A stretch of 53,630 nt of DNA from Thermoplasmatota archaeon (GCA_036019775.1 JAYXXD010000003.1:1-53630); one strand, 5' to 3'; shown: positions 1-8,696, numbered from the stretch's first letter. The notes: a model not told the origin generated them from the letters alone. Numbers and translations are program-made.

Positions 1-11
1 CTTGACGATGA

Positions 12-20
12 GAATAAATA
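12..20 (+). promoter_or_regulatory. Putative TATA box of the tRNA-Tyr gene
   Basis: GAATAAATA lies ~25-30 nt upstream of the mature tRNA 5' end, typical archaeal spacing. Confidence 0.4.
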
Positions 21-43
21 GAACGAGGCGGTCGCAGGGACTA

Positions 44-145
44 CCTCACTTAGCTCAGTTGGTAGAGCACCTGACTGTAGTTGGAAAAAACAACGTCTCA
101 GCAGACATCAGGGTGTCCCCGGTTCAAGTCCGGGAGTGGGGACCA
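44..145 (+). tRNA. tRNA-Tyr(GTA) with a 26-nt canonical-position (37/38) intron and encoded CCA
   Basis: Acceptor CCTCACT(44-50)/AGTGGGG(135-141). D arm GCTC/GAGC. Anticodon stem CCTGA(70-74)/TCAGG(108-112), anticodon GTA 77-79, intron 81-106. T arm CCCGG-TTCAAGT-CCGGG. Discriminator A142, CCA 143-145. C1:G72 + A73 are archaeal Tyr identity elements. Bulge-helix-bulge: CTGT(75-78)/GCAG(101-104) with 3-nt bulges AGT and ACA. Confidence 0.97.
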
Positions 146-162
146 TACAAGGATTCTCTCAT

Positions 163-690
163 TCAATCCGATTTGTATTGGTGACAATGCAAAAAATATT
201 GCTGAATCATGTCATTCTGGGATTTATTCTCAGGTCCTATTTTTGGTATTAAGTTAGATAACTGTGAAATTGCTTCGGAAACCGAATAGTCTCCACTTCG
301 AATCAGTATACAGGCAAGAATCATACCGGTCCTGCCTATTCCTGCACTACAATGAACGACGATTCTCTTATTTTCATTTAGTTCAATGAGGATCTTCTCT
401 ACAAGAGAAATAAGATTACTTAAACTTGGGACCCCTCTGTCTTGAATTGGGAAATGGATAATCGTAAAGTTGTGGTTTTCAATATCAATCAACTTATTCT
501 CTCCAGTTTTTTCGATAAACTCGCTGATCGGATTCGTGGAGATGACGATGTCGATTTCATTATCCAGCCATGAATTGATAATTGCACCATGACTTTGCTC
601 AAAGCGACCAAACGGCATCGGACTTCTGAACAGCTTCCAATTCTGGCTGTTTGGAATGTCAGTTATTGGATCGGTTTTTCCTAGTCTCAT
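163..690 (-). CDS. Cys-dependent protein-tyrosine/dual-specificity phosphatase family protein
   Basis: Signature VVHCSAGIGRTG (HCxxGxxR), general-acid loop FPIQDRGVP, Q-loop-like PENKSQ. Confidence 0.9.
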   Translation of the reverse strand: MRLGKTDPITDIPNSQNWKLFRSPMPFGRFEQSHGAIINSWLDNEIDIVISTNPISEFIEKTGENKLIDIENHNFTIIHFPIQDRGVPSLSNLISLVEKILIELNENKRIVVHCSAGIGRTGMILACILIRSGDYSVSEAISQLSNLIPKIGPENKSQNDMIQQYFLHCHQYKSD

Positions 691-1635
691 TCAACCACTG
701 CTAATAATTTTTGAAATCCCATCTGAGAGGGATGTGCGTGCAGACCAACCAATCAGGCCTTCGATTAAACTACAATCTGCTAATCTCCAGTCAGGGTCTC
801 CAGACAAACGAATCGTGTAATTTACTTCGTAGTTTAACTTCATTTTTTTTGCAATTAGGTCTGCAAGTTCATGAATTGTACACGATTCTTCAGAACCAAT
901 GTTAACGACTGTAGGCAATTCAACCTTAGCTTGCATAAGACCTATGATGGCGCTTACACAGTCATCAATAAACAAGAACGACCTTGTTTGACTACCATCA
1001 CCATCGATGTTGATTGGTCTTGATTTTCTTATGGCATTGAAAAAGTTTGGAAAGACTCTGCCATTTCCATTGAGAGTAGTGTCCATATTTGGACCATACA
1101 CATTAAAAATTCTCATGCTACAAGAATCCAAAGATTCTCTTTTTGCGTGCATAATAAGTTCCTCTCCCATGGATTTTGAGGTGCTGTAAACACTTTTGTC
1201 AGAAAGTAATTGATGATATCCAAAACTTTTCTCGGACATTTTCTGTTGAGATATCGCTCCACAACTCCCATAAACCTCACTTGAGGATGCGTATAAGAGT
1301 CGACATGAATTCAATTTTGCGTGCTCAATCATGTTCAATGTACCAGCAGTATTGGGTAAGATTACATCAAAAACCTGCTTTTTGAATAGGCGAGGAGCCG
1401 CTACTGATGCAAGATGGAAAATGCCGTCCAATTCTTCTTCAATCTTTACTTTGCTTATACAGGTTCTGATGACTTTGACATTTGCGATATTTCGTCTTGG
1501 ATAACTTGTGACATTGTTGTCAACGACAATGATATTGTGCCCTTGGGACACTAAAGTATCAACCAAATTTCTTCCAATAAATCCCTCGCCTCCACTGACT
1601 AAATACGTTTTTGATTTTCGATTAAGCATCTCCAT
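691..1635 (-). CDS. NAD-dependent epimerase/dehydratase, UDP-glucuronate decarboxylase (UXS)-like extended SDR
   Basis: GGEGFIG, HLASVAAP, ASSSEVYG, YxxxK (YSTSK), RIFNVYGP and GDGSQTRSF match UXS-type motifs. Confidence 0.85.
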   Translation of the reverse strand: MEMLNRKSKTYLVSGGEGFIGRNLVDTLVSQGHNIIVVDNNVTSYPRRNIANVKVIRTCISKVKIEEELDGIFHLASVAAPRLFKKQVFDVILPNTAGTLNMIEHAKLNSCRLLYASSSEVYGSCGAISQQKMSEKSFGYHQLLSDKSVYSTSKSMGEELIMHAKRESLDSCSMRIFNVYGPNMDTTLNGNGRVFPNFFNAIRKSRPINIDGDGSQTRSFLFIDDCVSAIIGLMQAKVELPTVVNIGSEESCTIHELADLIAKKMKLNYEVNYTIRLSGDPDWRLADCSLIEGLIGWSARTSLSDGISKIISSG

Positions 1636-4600
1636 TTACCCCCCATAATTTGTAACCTTTTTTCCATGATGGACTCTGAAGACCTGGATCGATATCCATC
1701 ACCTTTCGTTGTGATCTTTCAAGAGGAATATCGCTTAGAAAGTGCCCGCAGAGTGCGCAGTATGTTTTCATCATGTCTAGGAATTGCCACGGGTGATCGG
1801 GGAGTTCATCAAATCCCAATCCAAAATTAAATATCCGTTCAATACCACCTGCAATGGCGCAATGATGGTAGCCATATGGAGACAAGCCGATCCCAGAGTC
1901 TTGAGTAATATAACAACCCTTGGTGAAATCTTGGTTTTTCCACTCTTCGATATCTTTTGGTGCGTAATTAAATGGTTCAAAATGCTGAGTAGCTGCTTCT
2001 CTGTCATGTTTAAACGAATTGTCGTATCTCCATTTTTTGGGTATTGCTGATAAATTCTTTATCGTTTTTCGACTGACTCCATTTGAAATAACCTTTCTTT
2101 CTGTATCAGGACTATTTTGTTCCAACCATTCTTCAATCATCATGATAATTTCCACGAAATTTGGGTGAAGTGTCGGTTCACCACCGAGGATATGGATGCT
2201 TTCCCATTGCTTACCTTTTCTCGATGAACTCTCAAGAAATTCTTGGATCATTTGAATTGGCATATGCATATTACTTGGCGCTTGCGCGCTTGATCGACTA
2301 CAACCAGCACAAGTCAAATTACAAAAATATGTAATATCAATTTCCAATTTGTTGAGGTTTGGGATGTAGTTCGTTCTTCGTTCATCTTCCAGAGAATTTG
2401 AAAACTTCCTATCATAGTTGAGGATATCAAACCCATTTGTGGATATTCCTTCAGAATTCTGTTCATTGGTGCTCAAAGCCAAATTATGGTTATCTGGTGC
2501 ATAATACGATACCTTATGTTCGATACCTAGCGGCCGGTGAACAAGGTGAGCGCGAAGGTTGATGTTCTCTCCATTAAGGGCGATTAACTCCTTACAAACC
2601 ATCTTATCAAACAAAATTTCTCTGGGATTTAGTTCGATAATTTTCGATTGATTATTTGTACAGATTTCGCTGAGATACTCTCCTATCACATCCTTTGAAA
2701 ATTCACTGAATCGCTTCCTGACAATTGTGATTTTTCCTGGATGTTCACTGATTAATTCCAATAACCATTCAAGTTTGTTTGACTTCGTTTGGTCGCAAAA
2801 TATAACCAAACCGGCATCGACATCAACTTGCTTAGCTATACTTACAACTAAACCTCTCAAAAAGTGTTGAATCGGTTTCCTTGTATGAGTGTAGAATACG
2901 AGTTTTTCCTTTCTTTCTTCATATTTCCACAAATGCTCAGATTCAACGATATCCCAATGCCCTCTTTGTTCATCTGGAATCTTTCCTTGTTCGACTAAAT
3001 CAATACATCTGTCATAGAACTCAAAATTTTTCTTTACGCTGTTCATTGGATGAATGTAGTAAGTGCTACCAAAACCTCCTCTGAGCGATTGCCAATCGCT
3101 CATGTTTTGGAATTTCTCAATCGATCTGTACCAACTTCGCTCGAATTTTTTATCGACTAGATTGTTAGGATATGGCCTTTGTTGTAGCAAACGTTTCAAA
3201 TCGAACAAACCACATCTTACTTCTGGCACGAAGCTTCCTTGATACGCATTAAAATGTGTCTCAGCGTCCTGTGGAATGTTAAATCCAACGCCAAATGTAT
3301 TTTGTAACTTGATAGCTTCATGCATCTCCGTTATGGATTTATCATCCACTGAACAATGAAAGAGAACATCGCAATCCATTTGGAAAACATATCTTGTTTG
3401 TATTTGCTCAAATCCCCATAATTGAGGAAACAGCGGAACTCCAGACTTCGTATGTGTAGAGATTGAACTGAGGCCAAACCACTCCTCCAGACAATGCATT
3501 ACGAGTCGTTTATCCTCATTTGGCGAAATAAGAATCTCATCGATCCAATTCTCTTTCTTGAGTCTCTGAGCTTCATCGAACAAACGATCTAGATTTCCGT
3601 CATCGTGTTGGCGCAAGAAGTTGGTTCGCTTCGGATCAATCAACAATACAGTCTTTTCGAAAATATCGAATCTTGTAACCTGCCGAACGATATGCTGAAC
3701 TTGATTTCTAATTAACCTGTAATCCATTGCACATGTTTTGATCAATAGAGTAGTGTTCTCGTGGTTTACCTTATCTGCTTTGATATCCCTTGCTGGTTTT
3801 CGAAAGAAACCTTGATTCAAATTGTACAATTGTACTTCACGTGAAAAGAAATCCTCAAAACCTTCAAATTTTTTCATTTGTCCTATGTTATTTCTGAAAG
3901 TTTTTGTCAATACTGAAAGCTCATGGGAGGAATAGCCTAACACGAAGGAAAGGTATAATCTCAAACACATGTCTCTGAAAAATCGAGCCTCAAATGGAAC
4001 AATTGAAGATCCTATATCAATATATGATAACGCATTTTTCTCGTCAATGTACATATTTTTCTTATTCACATTTAAACAAACAATTCGGCTTTTTATGCAG
4101 GAAGATATGAATCTGCTAATCATTTCGCGAGATACATCTTCAGGTTCATTGTTTGGTTGAAATTTTGAGGTTGCAGTCCATTGACCATCAATAGCTTCCC
4201 AGGAAACCTTGAGTATTGGAGCGTCATCAAGGGATGATAGCCAACTTATTTGCTCTTCATTGATGGTTTGTTTGTTGAATGTCTTGACAACTTTATCGCT
4301 ATGCCTGAATACCATTCCTTCAAGGCCCCAATCAATGCATTCTATCGAAGTTGAATTTGTGTTCAATGAGTTGTAAAGTAGCTGCCTTGATTCAGAATAT
4401 TTCCCCGAGAGAATGTTATTCTGAGTATTGTTGCCCTTCAGGTGATAATTTGCGTGTTTGAAACCAGTCAATATTTGCCCTTTATCTTGGTGTTTGAGTA
4501 AGAGTTTTGAAACCAACCAATGATCTTCTGCAGAATCTACCTCAGGATAATAGATTCGGAAGGAATTTCTTTTCCACAAATTACAGGATGGTAACTCTGC

Positions 4601-5152
4601 GGTCTCTTCTCCATCTGCCATTTTCTCCAATCTTGAGAGAACAAATTCATGGTTCTTGAAATCTGCAGTTACAGGGTTGTCTCGAGTCAGCTTTTCATCG
4701 TCCAGAATCAAATCATTTCCTGCTAGAGCCCATTGAATGTGCATATTTTTTATTTGATTGTGTATGTTCCTCAGTGCGAACTCATTTTGAAGAGTATCAT
4801 CAGAATCAAGCCTACATATCCACGTATCATTGGGGAAAATTTGTCTGCAAATTTCATATGCAAAATTTCTTCCTCTTGCAACGTTACATTCTGGTATTCT
4901 AGCGATGTAAATTCTACTATCTTCGATGACATAATCTGAGGTTCCATCGTCCAGAATTAACATGATACTATTCGTTTTGCTCTTCTGTTGTAAAAAGGAC
5001 TCAACAGCAGGAATCGGCCCATTAGGATGATTATGGATCAATGTTGTCACGACAACATCTACGCGGTCAGGGTCGACTATCTTTTGTGATAATGTAATAT
5101 GCTGCCCATACATGACATCTGAAAGTTCAATCAAGTCACTCATGAATTTCAC
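1622..5152 (-). CDS. Multidomain protein: GT2 + protein-kinase-like + second GT-A domain + degenerate GT2 + C-terminal radical SAM
   Basis: N-terminal GT2 (ILDDG, ARGRN, RLDSDD, AEDH). Kinase-like WGLEGMV..VVK..NVNKKN..IDIG. Second DxD domain (QMDCDV). Radical SAM CNLTCAGC at 2300-2323 with GGEPTLHP and C-terminal CALC. Confidence 0.8.
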   Translation of the reverse strand: MKFMSDLIELSDVMYGQHITLSQKIVDPDRVDVVVTTLIHNHPNGPIPAVESFLQQKSKTNSIMLILDDGTSDYVIEDSRIYIARIPECNVARGRNFAYEICRQIFPNDTWICRLDSDDTLQNEFALRNIHNQIKNMHIQWALAGNDLILDDEKLTRDNPVTADFKNHEFVLSRLEKMADGEETAELPSCNLWKRNSFRIYYPEVDSAEDHWLVSKLLLKHQDKGQILTGFKHANYHLKGNNTQNNILSGKYSESRQLLYNSLNTNSTSIECIDWGLEGMVFRHSDKVVKTFNKQTINEEQISWLSSLDDAPILKVSWEAIDGQWTATSKFQPNNEPEDVSREMISRFISSCIKSRIVCLNVNKKNMYIDEKNALSYIDIGSSIVPFEARFFRDMCLRLYLSFVLGYSSHELSVLTKTFRNNIGQMKKFEGFEDFFSREVQLYNLNQGFFRKPARDIKADKVNHENTTLLIKTCAMDYRLIRNQVQHIVRQVTRFDIFEKTVLLIDPKRTNFLRQHDDGNLDRLFDEAQRLKKENWIDEILISPNEDKRLVMHCLEEWFGLSSISTHTKSGVPLFPQLWGFEQIQTRYVFQMDCDVLFHCSVDDKSITEMHEAIKLQNTFGVGFNIPQDAETHFNAYQGSFVPEVRCGLFDLKRLLQQRPYPNNLVDKKFERSWYRSIEKFQNMSDWQSLRGGFGSTYYIHPMNSVKKNFEFYDRCIDLVEQGKIPDEQRGHWDIVESEHLWKYEERKEKLVFYTHTRKPIQHFLRGLVVSIAKQVDVDAGLVIFCDQTKSNKLEWLLELISEHPGKITIVRKRFSEFSKDVIGEYLSEICTNNQSKIIELNPREILFDKMVCKELIALNGENINLRAHLVHRPLGIEHKVSYYAPDNHNLALSTNEQNSEGISTNGFDILNYDRKFSNSLEDERRTNYIPNLNKLEIDITYFCNLTCAGCSRSSAQAPSNMHMPIQMIQEFLESSSRKGKQWESIHILGGEPTLHPNFVEIIMMIEEWLEQNSPDTERKVISNGVSRKTIKNLSAIPKKWRYDNSFKHDREAATQHFEPFNYAPKDIEEWKNQDFTKGCYITQDSGIGLSPYGYHHCAIAGGIERIFNFGLGFDELPDHPWQFLDMMKTYCALCGHFLSDIPLERSQRKVMDIDPGLQSPSWKKGYKLWGVNGDA

Positions 5153-6818
5153 TCCATTTTTGGTATGCTTCGGTCCATTCTTGAGATTTGTTTTTGGGGT
5201 TATCGTTTATCCAGGGTGGTTTGAAAACCCTTGATTTGAATCTTCCACACATCCTACAGAACTCTTCGAGTAAGTCCAGCATATTATCATCAATGTGTGG
5301 AATCTCTTTTCGGCCCAAATCTAAACCAAGTATCCGATCGATACCCCCAGCAAGGGTGCAAGGGTAATACCCATTTGGCGTTAATCCAATTCCGCAATCT
5401 TCAATATTTGAGCACCCATTGGAGAAATCCAACTTCTTGTATCTTTTATCATCAACTGGTGCCATGTTGAATGCGTAAAATCCCTCTTGATGTGCTGATG
5501 TCTTTGAAGTGTTTTCTACGTGAAAAAAGGGAGGTATTCGAATAATATTTCTTTTTACTTTACGCCCAAAACCATTCGTTGTGACCTCAAGCCTCGTCCG
5601 TGGATACACCGATTTATACTTGGAAAACATGTACAAGATTTCCTCAAAATCGGGGTGTAACGTAGGTTCCCCGCCAAGCAGTCGAATGCGCTTCCAGTAA
5701 ATTTTCCGTTTAATCGAATCTTCGATGAAGTTAGAAATTTGATCTAAATGTATATGCATTTTTTCTGGAGCTTGTCGACATGACCTATTGCAACCATAGC
5801 AATTCAGATTGCATTCATAGGTTAAATCGATCTCAATTTTATCCCTTGACCGAGTGAATTGTCGGCCAAAGATTTTTGTCAATGATCTCCGATTTCTAAA
5901 TCGCCACCATGCTTGCATGAGATTCCATCTTCGGAGTGCGAATCCTTGTCCAAATCTTGTTTTGGGTGAAGGTGGTAATGCGGGAAATCCTGGCTCGTCT
6001 TTAGTTGTATCACTTATAGAAAACATATCTGCATCTACACCAAAAAATTTGGCTCTGGAAATAAAATTCTCCTCGTCTTTTTTGTTCATTAAATGCTTGT
6101 GCTTTACATAGAATTGCAGTAGACCAGTCTGCTTTCCTTTCGATTCTGACAGGGTTAACGATTCTCTTTCTCTGTCGAGGAAATAATTTACACTCACATT
6201 TTCTGTGAAAGCAATGCGTACGCCATTCATTGAGAGGATTCTAACTGCCAAATCTCGATCGTGAGTACAAAACAAGGATTCGTCAAAACATCCAGCGTTG
6301 TTGAGCAATTCTGTCTTCATAAATGTATTCGAACCTTGCCAACCGGGATTTGTGGAAAAAACGTCGCGCAACGTTATTTTGCTTGGTATTCTTTCTTCAA
6401 TTGACTCTCCGTCAAGAAGTGTTCGGATCCCTCCTATAACTACATCGTAACCTTTCATGAAATTGCTGTTCTCTTGGAGATGATGATCCAACCATTCATC
6501 ATCATCATCCAAAATTGCAGTCCATGAATTAGGGTAGTTTTTAGCGATGTAATCTAGACCATAATTCCAAGTCCCAGCTGCACTTGGGAATCCCTTATTT
6601 TTCAAATAAATCCCATCGGGAAAGAGATCAACAAAATTTTCCTTGTTTTTTTCTGATATTGATTTATCATCTGAATTGTCTACAAGTAAGACAACATCAG
6701 GACTGAGTGTTTGACGCTTGACAGAGGGTAGTGCTCTTGATTTTAGCAGTAAGGGGCGATTGTATGTTGTAATCAAAGCAACAATAACCTCATTATTCAT
6801 TTGCATGCCTCCAATCAA
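5136..6818 (-). CDS. GT2 glycosyltransferase fused to C-terminal radical SAM domain
   Basis: GT2 motifs ITTYNR, LLVDNSDD, AAGTWNYG, ILDDDD, FDESL..THDRD. Radical SAM CNLNCYGC (5790-5813), GGEPTLHP, TNG, C-terminal CRMC. The true start may be the ATG at 6800. Confidence 0.85.
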   Translation of the reverse strand: MIGGMQMNNEVIVALITTYNRPLLLKSRALPSVKRQTLSPDVVLLVDNSDDKSISEKNKENFVDLFPDGIYLKNKGFPSAAGTWNYGLDYIAKNYPNSWTAILDDDDEWLDHHLQENSNFMKGYDVVIGGIRTLLDGESIEERIPSKITLRDVFSTNPGWQGSNTFMKTELLNNAGCFDESLFCTHDRDLAVRILSMNGVRIAFTENVSVNYFLDRERESLTLSESKGKQTGLLQFYVKHKHLMNKKDEENFISRAKFFGVDADMFSISDTTKDEPGFPALPPSPKTRFGQGFALRRWNLMQAWWRFRNRRSLTKIFGRQFTRSRDKIEIDLTYECNLNCYGCNRSCRQAPEKMHIHLDQISNFIEDSIKRKIYWKRIRLLGGEPTLHPDFEEILYMFSKYKSVYPRTRLEVTTNGFGRKVKRNIIRIPPFFHVENTSKTSAHQEGFYAFNMAPVDDKRYKKLDFSNGCSNIEDCGIGLTPNGYYPCTLAGGIDRILGLDLGRKEIPHIDDNMLDLLEEFCRMCGRFKSRVFKPPWINDNPKNKSQEWTEAYQKWSEIHE

Positions 6819-8058
6819 TTACCTCAATTATTCCAGACTCTTGGACTTCTCCAATTAAATCACAAGGATCGGTCAAACAAGTATTCAATCCGTTATTAGT
6901 ACTGTAAAACCAGTACTCGTTCCAATTGTATTTGATGTGATCATGGTAGGTGGTTGAGCAATCACTACCCCCCTCATAGTTCGAGTAGCATTGATGACTT
7001 GAAGTGGTGTAAACTCCCGTTGAATCAAACACAATCTCGCTTACGAACACAACATCTCCTTCGCTAAGTGTCACATTTCCATCTAAAAATTTCGTTTCAC
7101 CAACAAGTTGAGACGTGCTCTCCCATCCAATAGTACCAGCCCCAATAACTGCGAGAATTACGGTTCCTGCAATCAACCCATATGTTATGACAGACATGAA
7201 TAGACTCGCTAAAATTGAGAAAGCGGAAGATGGGAAGGAGTTTTTTTTCTGCTTGAGAGCGGCGGCTAATTTTTCAGCATGATGGTGATGCCTTCGAACA
7301 TTATCTTCCAATCCGCGGGATTTCAGAATATGAAGCAACGAATTTCGTTCCGTATCGAATTTTGCTAAAGCGAAGGTATCTTTTGGTACACATTTTCCAT
7401 CAAAACCTCCCAACCCAGGCTCAAGATGCGCCATGTTTCCAATTCTTCGATCAACCCAAATCGAATTCATAACTTTCCGAGCTCGAGCATTGTGAAGGAT
7501 ACAAAGCCTTTCGATTTCACACGTGAATGTAACCTTTGTTGCAATGTATGCATTGTGTGCGAGTTTGGCAATTTCAGCCTCGATACATGTCATGATGATT
7601 CTTGGTACAGCATCATTCACCCAGGTGAACAAATCGAGAACTGATTTTGCAATTTCACTCGGCTCGGTAATGACTAACCTATCTGGATTTTCAAACCATT
7701 CAAGAGCATTTTTTTCTCGAAGATATTCGGGCATATAACAAATTTTTTGTGATGGGAATTCTTTATGCAAAGCTTCCATCGTATAGGGTTGTAATGTACT
7801 TTTCACGACGATTGTTCCATCGTATCCTGTTCGATTTAATCGATTAATAACCTCGTGAACGATACTCACGTCTAAACAATCATCATGGCCCGCATTCGTT
7901 GGAACGCAGACAAAGGCAAAATCAGAACTCAAAACGTCTTCCCAGTCACCGCGACCATCAATGTCATACCCGACGCATGAATGGTGCTTTGACATCCCGC
8001 TCAGGACGGAAGAGCCAACTGAACCCAAGCCAACTACAGCGATTTTCTTCATTCGCAT
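6793..8058 (-). CDS. UDP-glucose/GDP-mannose dehydrogenase-family protein lacking the C-terminal domain, fused to TM segment(s) and a small extracytoplasmic domain
   Basis: GLGSVG, YDID, CVPT, KST, PEYLRE, AKLAHN and catalytic GKCVPKD. After ~aa 275 a hydrophobic stretch (ILASLFMSVITYGLIAGTVILAVIGAG) precedes a Ser/Thr/Tyr/Cys-rich tail. Confidence 0.85.
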   Translation of the reverse strand: MRMKKIAVVGLGSVGSSVLSGMSKHHSCVGYDIDGRGDWEDVLSSDFAFVCVPTNAGHDDCLDVSIVHEVINRLNRTGYDGTIVVKSTLQPYTMEALHKEFPSQKICYMPEYLREKNALEWFENPDRLVITEPSEIAKSVLDLFTWVNDAVPRIIMTCIEAEIAKLAHNAYIATKVTFTCEIERLCILHNARARKVMNSIWVDRRIGNMAHLEPGLGGFDGKCVPKDTFALAKFDTERNSLLHILKSRGLEDNVRRHHHHAEKLAAALKQKKNSFPSSAFSILASLFMSVITYGLIAGTVILAVIGAGTIGWESTSQLVGETKFLDGNVTLSEGDVVFVSEIVFDSTGVYTTSSHQCYSNYEGGSDCSTTYHDHIKYNWNEYWFYSTNNGLNTCLTDPCDLIGEVQESGIIEVIDWRHANE

Positions 8059-8558
8059 TCCTCCAGTTCATCGTAAATTGAGAAACTGTCTACCTCTCTT
8101 TTAAGATCACTGCTCAAACACTGGTTGTTTCTCGCAAGAACGTGGACGTTTTTCCCAAGACATTTCAATTCCCGAACGAGGGGAACAAATCCACCATCGC
8201 CTGTGACCAAAAGAAAAGTAGAGATGTGAGGATAGTTGATTGCAATCTTTAGAGCTTCAACGGTAAGGTGAATGTCTGCTGCATTTTTCAAAAATGAAGT
8301 TTTTGTGTTTTTCGACCTATCTTCAAAAATTTTCTTAACGTTAGTAAAGCGAGGCTCGATACCAAATCTGTGCATCACACTGACTAAACTCCCATTTCGA
8401 TCTGAAAATCCAGCCAAGGCTAATGTAACACTCTTCCTACCTAGAGTCTCGATGTAGTTGTTTATCTTAGCAAAATCAATTTTATTTTTTCTGCCCTTTC
8501 GAGTATCAAGGTTTTCCCAATCGATTAATGTGGCTACAGATGCACAGATTGCTTGCAT
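8049..8558 (-). CDS. NYN (LabA/DUF88, PIN-fold) domain protein
   Basis: IDWEN, KNAADIHL, LLVTGDGGF..LV..LK..GKNVHV and SSDLKREVDSF follow the NYN pattern. Confidence 0.85.
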   Translation of the reverse strand: MQAICASVATLIDWENLDTRKGRKNKIDFAKINNYIETLGRKSVTLALAGFSDRNGSLVSVMHRFGIEPRFTNVKKIFEDRSKNTKTSFLKNAADIHLTVEALKIAINYPHISTFLLVTGDGGFVPLVRELKCLGKNVHVLARNNQCLSSDLKREVDSFSIYDELEECE

Positions 8559-8583
8559 GAATTCAATTAGGAGAGGGATGTAT

Positions 8584-8686
8584 ATAGTTAAATTTATTGT
8601 AAATTAATCATAATTTAACGATTATATGTGTGCTTTAGTGAAAAAAACTAGATAATTTAACGATATATTGATAATATCGTTTAATT
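8584..8686. promoter_or_regulatory. Divergent promoter region with repeated operator-like half-sites
   Basis: ATAATTTAACGAT repeated at 8610-8622 and 8652-8664. Palindrome AATTtAACGATAT-N7-ATATCGTTtAATT at 8654-8686. Inverted near-copy ATAGTTAAATT at 8584-8594. Confidence 0.65.
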
Positions 8687-8696
8687 TAGTCAAATC

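Noticed and set aside
2-184. 60-aa plus-strand ORF
   Set aside because: It overlaps the tRNA-Tyr gene entirely; spurious.
1622-5850. Calling the radical SAM domains viperin, MoaA or QueE
   Set aside because: They share only CxxxCxxC and GGEP. The flanking motifs, length and GT2 fusion do not match those families as I know them.
44-6818. Idea that the GT2/radical SAM proteins modify the adjacent tRNA-Tyr (by analogy with glycosylated queuosine in animal tRNA-Tyr)
   Set aside because: Adjacency is explained more simply by tRNA genes being insertion hotspots. No RNA-binding domain or queuosine genes are seen, and archaea are not generally known to carry Q34.
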